Shown piece after piece: positions 8,898 through 18,159 of a stretch of 64,000 nucleotides of DNA; positions within the stretch are counted from its first letter, which is position 1; each line of letters begins with the position of its first letter. Below the pieces are notes generated by a model. That model was given only the letters and a program-made list of their open reading frames with translations, was not told the DNA's origin and did not search any database. The translations under genes and the position numbers were made by a program. Source of the DNA: a virus (Duplodnaviria; Heunggongvirae; Uroviricota; Caudoviricetes); the IMG/VR virus record IMGVR_UViG_3300027710_000009; one strand, written 5' to 3'.

Positions 8898-10868
8898 TTA
8901 ATCTTCTGAAAACACCACAGCAAAAGTACAGCGACTGAGGTTAGACGAAGAAGCAATAGCAAAACTAATACTTGCACCTGGAGGCACGGTTACTCGAAAA
9001 TCACGCATGGGATAACTGACCTGGCCATTGATGGCTGTGGCAAATCGGCAAATGGCTGTGTCCACTGCGGCGTCAAATGTGCCAGTCACTGTTGACACCA
9101 TGCCGTTGTCTTTGGGTTGACTAAAATAGTCGTGTGTGGTACTAAAACTGACAGCATCATAGAACACATACAGCACAGCAGGATCGTTGCCCTGTGTGGC
9201 CACCGTGATGTCTTTCAATATAATCTCTTTGGCATTGAACACATAGTTACCGTTTTGAGCGCCACTCTTGCCATTGGTCACATAGGGATTACGCAGAGTT
9301 AACAGGTGATGCACAGAGCCAGTGTTCAAGCCGGTTTTGTTCACACTGGTTGAACGGTTTAATTCGTTTTGTCTAATGTCGCCTTCGATGGCTCCCATCA
9401 TACTGGCGCCATACACAGTGGCACTGGTAGTGGAACCCACATTCTGACTGATGTAGCCCAATCTAAAACTAGGCTGTGTAATATGCGGAACATTGTAGCG
9501 ATTGGTGTAATGTTCTTGATGAAACAGAATCATCCGACCAGTTGTGTGATCTTCTATAGCATAGCGTATCACGCCTGCTCCTAACCAGCGAAAGTTGATT
9601 TGATAAACATTCAAGTGTTCGGGAGCCAGGATCATACCACTGGGTCCGGTACCGTCCAATGGGTCTTCGCTGAAATCGTCTTGATAGGTCCAATTTTCAG
9701 TCTGTGCTACTCCCGTTTGTTTGGTGCTGAATGTGCCAGTGGCCAGTGTGCCTGCGCCAGTGCTGGAGAAACTAAAGGTGCCATTCTGTGGTCCTGTGAG
9801 CAAGGAACTGAACACTAGAGTGTTGTCCACTTGATCCACAAACCATCCCACGAACCCATCTGCTTTATTAATAGCAACTGCTGTCGCCTGTGCTGTGCCA
9901 GCAGTGATTGATATATTGTAGGCAACACCGTTAAGTGTCACTGTGGCTGTTTGTGCTTCAGTTGGTGCGGTGTTGATAGTCAGCACAGTGATATGTGTCT
10001 TGCCACCACTGGCTCGCAACGCACCAAATCTAGGACCATTGACACCATCATCGTGAATGCCTACCTGTATGGCTGCTTCTCTGTTGAACAAGCCGGCTCG
10101 TTGATTGGTCTGTGCTACAGTCGGGCTAAAGCCAGCAGTAAATCTAGCCAGAGCACCTTGTCCTGGACGATAGCGTAAAAATCTTCTCGATGTCAGTGCG
10201 GCATAGCCACTGCTGCTAGTTCCAGAACTTGTTGTGTATATTCCTATGTTGGCATCTGCTGTGCCTGTACCAAGTGTAAAAGTTTCTATAACTTCTGATG
10301 TGATACCGTAGATACTATCCAACTGCATAACAGGAGTTATGGTAATACCGTAGAGTTCTCCAAAAGCAGTTTCTTTACTGGCACCGCCTACGTCTACTGA
10401 TCCAGTTACTTCAATGGCATTTGCGTTACTAATACTAGCATCTACATAGATACGATTGGTAGTGGAGTTAACATTAGCATCCTTGCTTACTTTTTGTATG
10501 TTTGGGAATGTAACGTTGGCATTAACATTGCCGGTAATGGCTGGTAGAGATGTAATGCCAGCAATGTTGCCTGTCACTGTGACATTTGCATTGCCTGTTG
10601 TGACCCAGGGCGAGGTTCCTTGATTTACAGTTAGCACATTGCCCACAAGGTACACAGGTATGCGTTGTGCTTCTGTGTTGTTTACTCTAATTGCATCAAC
10701 CAAGTTAACGTTGCCCGATACTGTGATGTTGTCTGAACCTAGTGTCACACGAACGTGAGGCTTGCCATCAACGCTGTATTCCATGGCCTTGTGGATGTTC
10801 AAGAGATTGCTCTCTTGCGGATGTTCGTAGTCCGTGGTGTTTAGTCTGGTGTCGCCGCGAGCTGCCAT
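8898..10868 (-). CDS. Putative virion structural protein
   Basis: 656 aa, T/G/N-rich beta composition, RYRPGQG motif; co-transcribed with fibre genes. Confidence 0.6.
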   Translation of the reverse strand: MAARGDTRLNTTDYEHPQESNLLNIHKAMEYSVDGKPHVRVTLGSDNITVSGNVNLVDAIRVNNTEAQRIPVYLVGNVLTVNQGTSPWVTTGNANVTVTGNIAGITSLPAITGNVNANVTFPNIQKVSKDANVNSTTNRIYVDASISNANAIEVTGSVDVGGASKETAFGELYGITITPVMQLDSIYGITSEVIETFTLGTGTADANIGIYTTSSGTSSSGYAALTSRRFLRYRPGQGALARFTAGFSPTVAQTNQRAGLFNREAAIQVGIHDDGVNGPRFGALRASGGKTHITVLTINTAPTEAQTATVTLNGVAYNISITAGTAQATAVAINKADGFVGWFVDQVDNTLVFSSLLTGPQNGTFSFSSTGAGTLATGTFSTKQTGVAQTENWTYQDDFSEDPLDGTGPSGMILAPEHLNVYQINFRWLGAGVIRYAIEDHTTGRMILFHQEHYTNRYNVPHITQPSFRLGYISQNVGSTTSATVYGASMMGAIEGDIRQNELNRSTSVNKTGLNTGSVHHLLTLRNPYVTNGKSGAQNGNYVFNAKEIILKDITVATQGNDPAVLYVFYDAVSFSTTHDYFSQPKDNGMVSTVTGTFDAAVDTAICRFATAINGQVSYPMRDFRVTVPPGASISFAIASSSNLSRCTFAVVFSED

Positions 10869-10871
10869 TGA

Positions 10872-11558
10872 TTAGAATCCGTTTGTGACAGGATTGTAAA
10901 ACAGTCTGCCAGTGTAAGTTGTGGTTGGTGACAGCCCAGTACGAGCAATGCTGATAGTTAGTGCGCCAGGGCCAGCTGGTCCGTTGCCAAACTGCACACG
11001 AATTGGGTAGTATGTTCCTGACACTAGATTAACACTAAAAGACCAGGAACCAATGGTTGTGTTGGCATTGGCATTGCCTGTGGTGTAACCAGTCTTGGCA
11101 TTTGCACCAATCCACATGGTGCTTGCGTCATCGCTGTTGCCTGCAAATGTCCATGACCCAGTATAGTCAGCTAAAAAATATCCTAGATACTGTTGGCTAA
11201 TGTTAGGTTGTCCTGCTGTCAAAGTTGATTCAAAATTTGTTGCTACAACCAACGCCGTTGGAGTTAGAGCGTCAAAGAACGTTGCAACATTGTTGTAATA
11301 TCCAGTGTACTGACTTCTGTATATTCCTGCAGAGTATGCCACCCATGGGCGACCAATAACCAAACCACCTGTGTTGGCATTGTTGACCACGTCTGCTGTG
11401 TCGTTGTCGCTGGCTTTGTATAGTGTTGGTAGTTGTGTTGTATCATAGGCAGGACGACGACCTGTAGCGGCTCTGTCGGTTGCTGCCAGGGCCAGCTTTG
11501 CGGCCTGACGCTGTTGTTTGTATGTTAGGGTAGAAATTCCGTTAGCTGCCATGATCAC
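10872..11558 (-). CDS. PA14-domain (carbohydrate-binding) virion protein
   Basis: GYF.ADYTGSWTF...SDDAS.MWIG...V.L.SG.YYPIRVQFGN, PA14 signature. Confidence 0.75.
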   Translation of the reverse strand: MIMAANGISTLTYKQQRQAAKLALAATDRAATGRRPAYDTTQLPTLYKASDNDTADVVNNANTGGLVIGRPWVAYSAGIYRSQYTGYYNNVATFFDALTPTALVVATNFESTLTAGQPNISQQYLGYFLADYTGSWTFAGNSDDASTMWIGANAKTGYTTGNANANTTIGSWSFSVNLVSGTYYPIRVQFGNGPAGPGALTISIARTGLSPTTTYTGRLFYNPVTNGF

Positions 11559-11872
11559 ATTCCTGGACGGTGTTGATGTCCTGGATACATGCTGATGCTG
11601 TCTCCGCGGATATCTGCTGGGTGTTTGCTTTTGTGTACATCATCCCCTGACGCTAGTACTGCATCAATTGGGGCTGTCATTTCTTCTGGGCTGTTGCTGT
11701 ACTCTGTGTCGCCTGTACCAATCAGGCCAGCAATCTGGCGCATGCGCACCAGTTCAGCATCATCTCTAATAGAGTTTGGCTCAGTGCTGATCACCACTGC
11801 CATTTGGGGGTCTGGTTGCTCCACTGCGTCCACAATGTCAAGCACTCCACGGATTATATCGGTTATTTTCAT
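11555..11872 (-). CDS. Hypothetical protein, first gene of a late operon
   Basis: MKITDII start; TAAATA motif at 11891-11896. Confidence 0.7.
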   Translation of the reverse strand: MKITDIIRGVLDIVDAVEQPDPQMAVVISTEPNSIRDDAELVRMRQIAGLIGTGDTEYSNSPEEMTAPIDAVLASGDDVHKSKHPADIRGDSISMYPGHQHRPGM

Positions 11873-11890
11873 AATGATCTCGTTATCGAG

Positions 11891-11925
11891 TATTTATTGA
11901 CAACGAGCCCAGTTCAGTGTATACT
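11891..11925. promoter_or_regulatory. Back-to-back promoters: minus-strand TAAATA (11891-11896) and plus-strand TTGACA-17-TATACT (11897-11925)
   Basis: Consensus hexamers with exact 17-bp spacer. Confidence 0.75.
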
Positions 11926-11931
11926 ACAAGC

Positions 11932-12513
11932 ATGAACATCCAAACCCTACCCACTCTGCTAGAATCGGCCCAAATCACCTGTCCAAGTTCGGGCAATCAA
12001 CGTGCCTACGCTGATCTAATAGAAGAAAGTGCTTGTGCTATTGCACAGGATCAATTTCGAGAACAGTATCGCAAGTCACGTTCGGTCAAAAGCACCGAAG
12101 ATTTTGCCTTGATTGAAAACGGGCGCACCATTTACATTGATGTAAAAACACGACAGTTGGGTACGGATCTAAACATGCCCAACATGATCAGTGTGGACAA
12201 GTTGAACAAACTGCTGGATGATGTTGACACAGAATTGTACTACTGGATGATTGATTACGAAGTGCGTGAGGATGGATCTGCACAGGTCACACACACCGAA
12301 ATGCGAGCGGTATGGGACTTGCCCTGGTCAGCCCTGGCTATTCAAAACCTTGGACTAGGGCAGTTGCAAATTGCCAATTGGTCTGCAATGAGTCAACCCG
12401 GCTTGCCCAGAGCCGATTGGCATGCACGGCTCAAGCAAGAGATGCACAAATTTTATACAAAACAAGCTCAAAAGTTCCTGGATTTGGCCGCAAAAACTGT
12501 TGCAAAAAAGTAA
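11932..12513 (+). CDS. PD-(D/E)XK nuclease, restriction-endonuclease-like
   Basis: E...TEDF...IYIDVKT motif; ATG 11932 lies 6 nt after the -10 box. Confidence 0.55.
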   Translation: MNIQTLPTLLESAQITCPSSGNQRAYADLIEESACAIAQDQFREQYRKSRSVKSTEDFALIENGRTIYIDVKTRQLGTDLNMPNMISVDKLNKLLDDVDTELYYWMIDYEVREDGSAQVTHTEMRAVWDLPWSALAIQNLGLGQLQIANWSAMSQPGLPRADWHARLKQEMHKFYTKQAQKFLDLAAKTVAKK

Positions 12514-12585
12514 CACTTTTGTACTAGTTTTTGGCCCTGTAAAATCAACAGGTTAGCGGGCACTAACCCTGCAAAATCAGCCCAA

Positions 12586-12622
12586 AAAACGGTTGACCAA
12601 AAAGCCCATTTCGGCTATAATA
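12586..12622 (+). promoter_or_regulatory. Early sigma70-type promoter TTGACC-17-TATAAT
   Basis: TTGACC 12593-12598, TATAAT 12616-12621; near-identical copy at 51180-51216 on minus strand. Confidence 0.85.
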
Positions 12623-12627
12623 ATAAC

Positions 12628-12954
12628 ATGAACTTACAAAAGCCCACCCGCAAAAGACGCCAGGATACCAACCATGCTGTTTACTGTATCACCAATACAG
12701 TGACAGGTGAGCAGTACATTGGTATTACCGTGTGTGCTGGTAACGTTCGCCGGGCACTCAAAGTGCGCATCCAAAAACACGTTCGCCGTGCTGTTACAGA
12801 AAACAAAGATTGGAACTTGTGCAAGTCAATCCGCGAACACGGCACACTGGCTCACACATACGGTCTTGTAGAAATCATCCGCGGACGCAAGCCTGCTCAT
12901 GCACGTGAGCGTGAATTGATCCGTATGTACAACCCAACTCTCAACTCACACTAA
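12628..12954 (+). CDS. Small GIY-YIG nuclease-domain protein
   Basis: AVYCITN...QYIGIT, R..KH, E.ELI..YNP.LN. Confidence 0.8.
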   Translation: MNLQKPTRKRRQDTNHAVYCITNTVTGEQYIGITVCAGNVRRALKVRIQKHVRRAVTENKDWNLCKSIREHGTLAHTYGLVEIIRGRKPAHARERELIRMYNPTLNSH

Positions 12955-12963
12955 GGAGATATC

Positions 12964-13197
12964 ATGTTTGCAGTAGACGCAAAAAAGATAGCCGAAAAGT
13001 TCACCCGCCATGGCGGTGCATTTGATCGTGGTAGTGCAGACAGCTACTACCACCGCAGTCCCAATCCGCATTACTTTGCAGGTGATACCTATGCAAGTGA
13101 TCCTATCACTGCTGAGCCCGGTACCGCAGAATACGAAGCCTACATGGCAGGCTATGACTACAACGAACAGTATGGCGACAAAAAGGATTGGGGTTAA
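12964..13197 (+). CDS. Small early hypothetical protein
   Basis: SD AAGGAG; HGGAFDRGSADSYY...YMAGY motif. Confidence 0.8.
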   Translation: MFAVDAKKIAEKFTRHGGAFDRGSADSYYHRSPNPHYFAGDTYASDPITAEPGTAEYEAYMAGYDYNEQYGDKKDWG

Positions 13198-13199
13198 TC

Positions 13200-13415
13200 A
13201 TGGATATTGAAATTCACGGACTCAGTTCCAAACAAATGGCCTTGGCAGACATCATGTGGGCTATCAGCACACAAGAAGGTGTGGAAAGTTTTATCTCCAC
13301 CCTACCCAAAGCAGATCAACGTGACTGTCGTACAATCATCGAGCTCATGCAGTTGGCATTCGCAGATGAAATCACAGATACTACAGAAGCACAAGAATTG
13401 CTTGCACAGTTTTAG
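13200..13415 (+). CDS. Small early hypothetical protein
   Basis: ORF between neighbour and terminator. Confidence 0.7.
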   Translation: MDIEIHGLSSKQMALADIMWAISTQEGVESFISTLPKADQRDCRTIIELMQLAFADEITDTTEAQELLAQF

Positions 13416-13437
13416 GTGGTGGTTGGCAGTTGCTTTG

Positions 13438-13461
13438 GCCCTCTTCGGAGGGCTTTTTTTT
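13438..13461 (+). terminator. Rho-independent terminator
   Basis: GCCCTC-TTCG-GAGGGC followed by T8 at the strand convergence. Confidence 0.9.
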
Positions 13462-13463
13462 GA

Positions 13464-13706
13464 CTAGTGGACAGTGCCGTCGCCGTCAAAGTCCAGCATG
13501 TTGATGTCTTTGATGCCCAGCAGTTTGAGAATCTTTTTTACAATGGGTGGTGGGTCCAGCTGGAAATCAGCTGGCGTGAACATGTGTTTGAGTTCGCCGT
13601 CGGGCCCGATGATAAACCCATAGTCATTTTCATCTGCTACTGCTTCCAGGGCGTCGAGATCGTCTTGTTCCTGTTGCAGGTCTTTGTCTTGAATTTGTTT
13701 TGTCAT
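13464..13706 (-). CDS. Hypothetical protein
   Basis: SD GGAGG and TAAATA motif at 13733-13738. Confidence 0.7.
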   Translation of the reverse strand: MTKQIQDKDLQQEQDDLDALEAVADENDYGFIIGPDGELKHMFTPADFQLDPPPIVKKILKLLGIKDINMLDFDGDGTVH

Positions 13707-14313
13707 TGTGATCGACCTCCAGCCGTCGTAAGTATTTACTAATTTGCTTGTGTAATTTTAACACTATACTTTCATCGGTGTCAAACGTATTTACATAGAC
13801 ACTGTACATGACAATCTGGTGCATGGCCACAGGGTCAAGTGTGAAGGTGTTGTGTTTTACCACCAGTTCTGCGGCAATGCTGTAGCCGTAGGCTTCAATC
13901 TCTTCTGCACTGCCCAGGTATTCTTGATCATGCCTTTTTTGTGCGTCAGTGTCTTGACTGCGATACCTAGTGCTGGGTTTGCGTTTTCTCTGCTGTTGCG
14001 CACGATGCACCAGTTCATGACCTATGCATTCTGCCAGGTCCAGACTCAGCCTGGGCCAGTCAAGTGTGGCCATGTCAATGTGCTGTTGGTCAGGATGGTA
14101 GATAACATGTATGTCAATGCTGTCCTCATCTGAGTCATGGTGCCCACCGATACTCACGGTGTCAAAGTCAACCCCGGCGTGTCTGTGTGTAAACAAGCGC
14201 ACCCGGGGTATGTTAACATGCTTTCTAAACAGTGCAGTTAAGTCAGTAACTGCAACCACACGGCTTTGACTAGGCTTCAACTGCATGAGCTGTTGCATCA
14301 ATGCCGCTAGCAT
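13630..14313 (-). CDS. HExxH zincin-like putative metallopeptidase
   Basis: IGHELVHRAQ...YL...EIEAY. Confidence 0.6.
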   Translation of the reverse strand: MLAALMQQLMQLKPSQSRVVAVTDLTALFRKHVNIPRVRLFTHRHAGVDFDTVSIGGHHDSDEDSIDIHVIYHPDQQHIDMATLDWPRLSLDLAECIGHELVHRAQQQRKRKPSTRYRSQDTDAQKRHDQEYLGSAEEIEAYGYSIAAELVVKHNTFTLDPVAMHQIVMYSVYVNTFDTDESIVLKLHKQISKYLRRLEVDHNDKTNSRQRPATGTRRSRRPGSSSR

Positions 14314-14317
14314 GGCG

Positions 14318-14659
14318 TTACTTGAAGATCATCAGCGCCATTAAGACTGCTTGAATAGCAAATCCCAATCCAATAGTGATGATGTTTAGACCGTCTTTGA
14401 GAATTGTTGCTCTAGCAAACAATAGTAGAAGTCCTGCCCACATGAACAATACCATGTCCACGGGTGGCATGCGATCGCTCAGGCCTGCCGCTGTGGCAAT
14501 CAAGGTAGGAATAGTTGCCATGTGAATCAGTATGGCCGCAAACCAACCCATGGTATCTGCTGAGAGTCTAGCAAAGTTTTCGCTAACCCAGCGTTGGATC
14601 CAGCTACGGAATCCGTCGTAGTCAATGTGACCTTGTTCATCTTTGATTTTGAAGTTCAT
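14318..14659 (-). CDS. Small three-TM membrane protein (possible holin-like)
   Basis: Three hydrophobic helices; directly downstream of cell wall hydrolase. Confidence 0.6.
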   Translation of the reverse strand: MNFKIKDEQGHIDYDGFRSWIQRWVSENFARLSADTMGWFAAILIHMATIPTLIATAAGLSDRMPPVDMVLFMWAGLLLLFARATILKDGLNIITIGLGFAIQAVLMALMIFK

Positions 14660-14667
14660 GTTTGTCC

Positions 14668-15261
14668 TCAGTTGGTTTTGGCTTTGTTGTCTGAATAAAA
14701 GATGTGACGTCCAATGGTGGCTATCTTTTCTTTACCCCATCGTGGACTCACATAGTCTGCATGATAGTACATGGCATTCTTGAGTCCGTCCAAACGGAAT
14801 CCTTCCAACAGTACCTTTTTGGCCACTGCCATGCTTTCTTGATACGCGGCAGGATTCACTGGTTTGCGAACTCCTGCATTTTCACAGTACCAGCTGAACT
14901 GACAAATTACTTTGTCATAGATCACACTTTTCTGGAAAATTACTCCACAAACGTCATCTGGAAATTTACCAGACTCCATACGGTTGAGCGTGACCTGAGC
15001 CACTGCTACTTTACCTTCGAAGGGCTCATACCCTGCTTCGTAGTAAATGTTTTGTGCCAAGCATTTGAGTTCACGTTCGCGATCAGCAACTGTTATAAAT
15101 GTTGTTGGGGCGCTTGCGTTCTGAGCTCGCAGATAATCCATCTTGGCCACGGTGACTTTGGAAGCTACCATAAATGCAAGCACAAGGCCTGTCACTATAA
15201 ATGCAAAGCGGATCAATGCTCCTGTAAACACTCGAGGTGTTCCTTGGGCGAGATTTTTCAT
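14668..15261 (-). CDS. SleB/Hydrolase_2 cell wall hydrolase with N-terminal TM
   Basis: CLAQNIYYEA, GKVAVAQVTLNR, FPDDVCGV, CQFSW, YYHADYVSPRW, IGRHIFY. Confidence 0.92.
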   Translation of the reverse strand: MKNLAQGTPRVFTGALIRFAFIVTGLVLAFMVASKVTVAKMDYLRAQNASAPTTFITVADRERELKCLAQNIYYEAGYEPFEGKVAVAQVTLNRMESGKFPDDVCGVIFQKSVIYDKVICQFSWYCENAGVRKPVNPAAYQESMAVAKKVLLEGFRLDGLKNAMYYHADYVSPRWGKEKIATIGRHIFYSDNKAKTN

Positions 15262-15435
15262 ATATTTCTCCTTTCAATTCACGGATTGCTAAATCCGTAG
15301 TTCTATTTACGGACTCAATAATATACTAATAATACACTATAAGTCGGTGCTTGTCAAGGCTAACTAATGCCAGACGCCATAAACTGCTCAGTTTATGGCA
15401 GATATAATGGGTGTTTACTCCATTATGTATGCTGT

Positions 15436-17541
15436 TTATGTGTTGCCAGTCTGCTGTCTCGCGAAACGAGATCTTTCAAAGAAGCCAGCAGTGTTCTCAA
15501 AAAAGTGACGCTGGTATCCATAGTATGCATTGATAAAAAACAAGTCTTGAATTTCGTTCGTACTCAAACCTCTACTTCTACCGTAACTGGTAATGATGGT
15601 TTGCTGTTCGATGGTGAGGCCAAAACCAAAACGTGCTCGTTTTTTGGCTGCTTCGTCTTCAATATTCACAGACGGAATATTCATTCCAATTGCGCCCAAG
15701 GTCTTGGCATTGTAACTTTCGGCTATCAATGCTTTCATGGCCTGGCCACCTGTGGTGTTGGGATTGCAACATTCCAACAACAGGTCGGTGATACCAGTGG
15801 CATCGCCCACTGCATCAAATATCTGTCGCACCATTCGTAGCGCACCTTTGAATGCCGCTGTGAAAAATCCTTCGGGCCATGCTGCCGCTTGTACCAATCC
15901 AATGTTTAACTCAGCAGTGGTTGCTGCCGGTCCACTAGAACCCAAACTTGCAGCCTGTGCCTGTATTGCTGTGCCAATTTTTGTAGCTGTGGCCAAGATG
16001 GCCAACACACTGGTATACAATCCATATCCAATTGCAAGAGCACTGGTAATTTCACCTACCAATTGCAATGCACTTTCTAAAATACTTTTGTCAGCTTCTC
16101 CGGCTGCGGCCTGCACCTGAGGATCTTGTGAACCTTTGACTGCTTCAAGTGCGGCAATTAAATTGGTTTCTGCTAGATCGTTTTCTGGGTCTGAAGGGTC
16201 CGAGTGTAACTCATAAAACTCCAGCGCAACTTTTAGTGCTTGCCCTTCCGCTGTTCTCTCTAGTGCATCATTGGCCGCACTGAGTCTAGCATAAGCATCT
16301 GTGTGAGCTTTTCCAGCGGCAGTTCCTAAAAAATCATACAAAGTTGAATCACCAAACAGTCCACTACCTGTGCCTAGATAAGTACTGAGAATATTCATGT
16401 CATTGGAATAGGTGGGTTGATCAATCAACCCAATGTCTGGTAGTTCCAATTGGTCCAGTGCATCAGCGACCAGTTCCCAGGTGACTTTGTTTTTGATACC
16501 AAAGCTAGCAAAGCTTCTTCCAAAATTTTCCAAGTCACCATATGGAATGTTATCCAGTGCTTCTTGCCCAATCAATATATCACCCTGGCACAGGTCGGCC
16601 GCAGTTTGCACACGGTTTGGTGCAAACGGAAAACAATTGGTTGTGCGTACCAAAAACTTGAGATAATTGCCATTTATGGTCTTCAATGCTTCTAGCGCAG
16701 AGTACTTGCTGTCTGTACGTGTGTCGAACTCGTCGTCAACAAAGATACCATTTTGCTCCAGAACTGAACGGAAATCACCTAGTTTATCAATCAAACCTTG
16801 GTTGTTCAAGCTCAAAATCAACCCTATAGGAGTGCCAACTGTGTCAGGGTCGTTTACATCCCATAACGTGCCAAGTCGGCGCATGGCATTGCTCACTGTG
16901 GCAATACCAAGACGAATTTGATCACCGGATACTGTGATACCTGCGGCGCGAAGTCTAGTACCTGCCGCAGTGCCATCTGCATTGGGACCTATACGTGCGC
17001 TGACTCCGCCACTGAGTAAATCACTGAGCGTTTTGCAGGCCTGAAGCAATTGGCTTACACTACGTAACGCACCAAATACTTCTGAAACGCCAGATCCAGT
17101 AAAGCTGGCTTGTGCATATGATCTTGCACGAAACGCATTTTCTAGAAATTTTATTGGAGTGGTAATAAGCTCATTGGCCTTGGCAATTGCACTGCCAACC
17201 ACGTCATTGGGATTAACACCGTTATCTCTTGCAATTTGACTAACAACACCTAGTCCTACCATGAGTGCAAATCCTGGGGTATTTTGCCTAATAGCGTTGA
17301 CAAGAACAACTGATGTTGTGGCCGCATTGACAATTCTAGTCAGCTTGCCGCAAACACGACTAACACTTTGCAGGCCACTAGCAACTGAACTAAAATCAGT
17401 GGGCGGAATAAACACATTATTCTGAGATAACAATAGCGCAAGGCTTTTGGCCTGCATGGGGCTAACTGATGCAGAATCTTTGCCATCAGTTGGATACGGG
17501 CTGGCCCCTTGAGGTTGTATACCCCATTGTAATTTAGTCAT
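15436..17541 (-). CDS. Large hypothetical protein, probably virion-associated
   Basis: 701 aa ORF; TAAGTA late-like motif upstream. Confidence 0.7.
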   Translation of the reverse strand: MTKLQWGIQPQGASPYPTDGKDSASVSPMQAKSLALLLSQNNVFIPPTDFSSVASGLQSVSRVCGKLTRIVNAATTSVVLVNAIRQNTPGFALMVGLGVVSQIARDNGVNPNDVVGSAIAKANELITTPIKFLENAFRARSYAQASFTGSGVSEVFGALRSVSQLLQACKTLSDLLSGGVSARIGPNADGTAAGTRLRAAGITVSGDQIRLGIATVSNAMRRLGTLWDVNDPDTVGTPIGLILSLNNQGLIDKLGDFRSVLEQNGIFVDDEFDTRTDSKYSALEALKTINGNYLKFLVRTTNCFPFAPNRVQTAADLCQGDILIGQEALDNIPYGDLENFGRSFASFGIKNKVTWELVADALDQLELPDIGLIDQPTYSNDMNILSTYLGTGSGLFGDSTLYDFLGTAAGKAHTDAYARLSAANDALERTAEGQALKVALEFYELHSDPSDPENDLAETNLIAALEAVKGSQDPQVQAAAGEADKSILESALQLVGEITSALAIGYGLYTSVLAILATATKIGTAIQAQAASLGSSGPAATTAELNIGLVQAAAWPEGFFTAAFKGALRMVRQIFDAVGDATGITDLLLECCNPNTTGGQAMKALIAESYNAKTLGAIGMNIPSVNIEDEAAKKRARFGFGLTIEQQTIITSYGRSRGLSTNEIQDLFFINAYYGYQRHFFENTAGFFERSRFARQQTGNT

Positions 17542-17591
17542 GCGATACTCCTACAGTAATAACTGTACTTATCAAAAAAAATAAGCGTAGA

Positions 17592-17912
17592 TTAAACAGT
17601 TATGATGCCACCGGGATTAACGGACTCAATTCCAGTAGTGACTTTGACATAGTAGTCCCGTACTTCGCTGGCACTGGGTGCATGAAACAACACATGGTTC
17701 TTGCTGATAGAGATATCCATGGCTGGGTCTGCTGTGAACAAGCTGGCAATCAGCATGATACCTTTTTGACTAGGTACCACTGTGCATGGACGTTCAATTT
17801 TGTAATGTGTGTCAGTGTCTTCTGCCACACGGCCAACTAGTTCGTCGCCGTTGGCAAGTTTGAATGTCACGAGCGTGTTTGCATCGTACGTGGTTGATTT
17901 TGAAATTAACAT
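17592..17912 (-). CDS. Small beta-barrel (Sm-like) phage protein
   Basis: VTFKLANGDELVGR...YVKVTTGI. Confidence 0.6.
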   Translation of the reverse strand: MLISKSTTYDANTLVTFKLANGDELVGRVAEDTDTHYKIERPCTVVPSQKGIMLIASLFTADPAMDISISKNHVLFHAPSASEVRDYYVKVTTGIESVNPGGIITV

Positions 17913-17913
17913 T

Positions 17914-18159
17914 TTAGCCTTTGAGTGTTTGGAAAAATTCGGAGTCTTTTTTAGCAAGCCCCTGGTAGCCACCTTCAACTAGTAGCCGACCATCTTTGTA
18001 GATTTGAGGAACGGTACGATGACCTTCTGCCAGAACAAAATCCTTGGCAGCGGTGTCCTCGTCGATTTTTATTTCTTGAAATTCCACGCCCTTGAGCTTG
18101 AGCAAGTTCTTTGCTTGTACACAGAACGGGCAGTTGTTTTTTGAATATACTGTTACCAT
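17914..18159 (-). CDS. grx: Glutaredoxin
   Basis: CPFC, RTVPQI, GGY; next to nrdB. Confidence 0.95.
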   Translation of the reverse strand: MVTVYSKNNCPFCVQAKNLLKLKGVEFQEIKIDEDTAAKDFVLAEGHRTVPQIYKDGRLLVEGGYQGLAKKDSEFFQTLKG

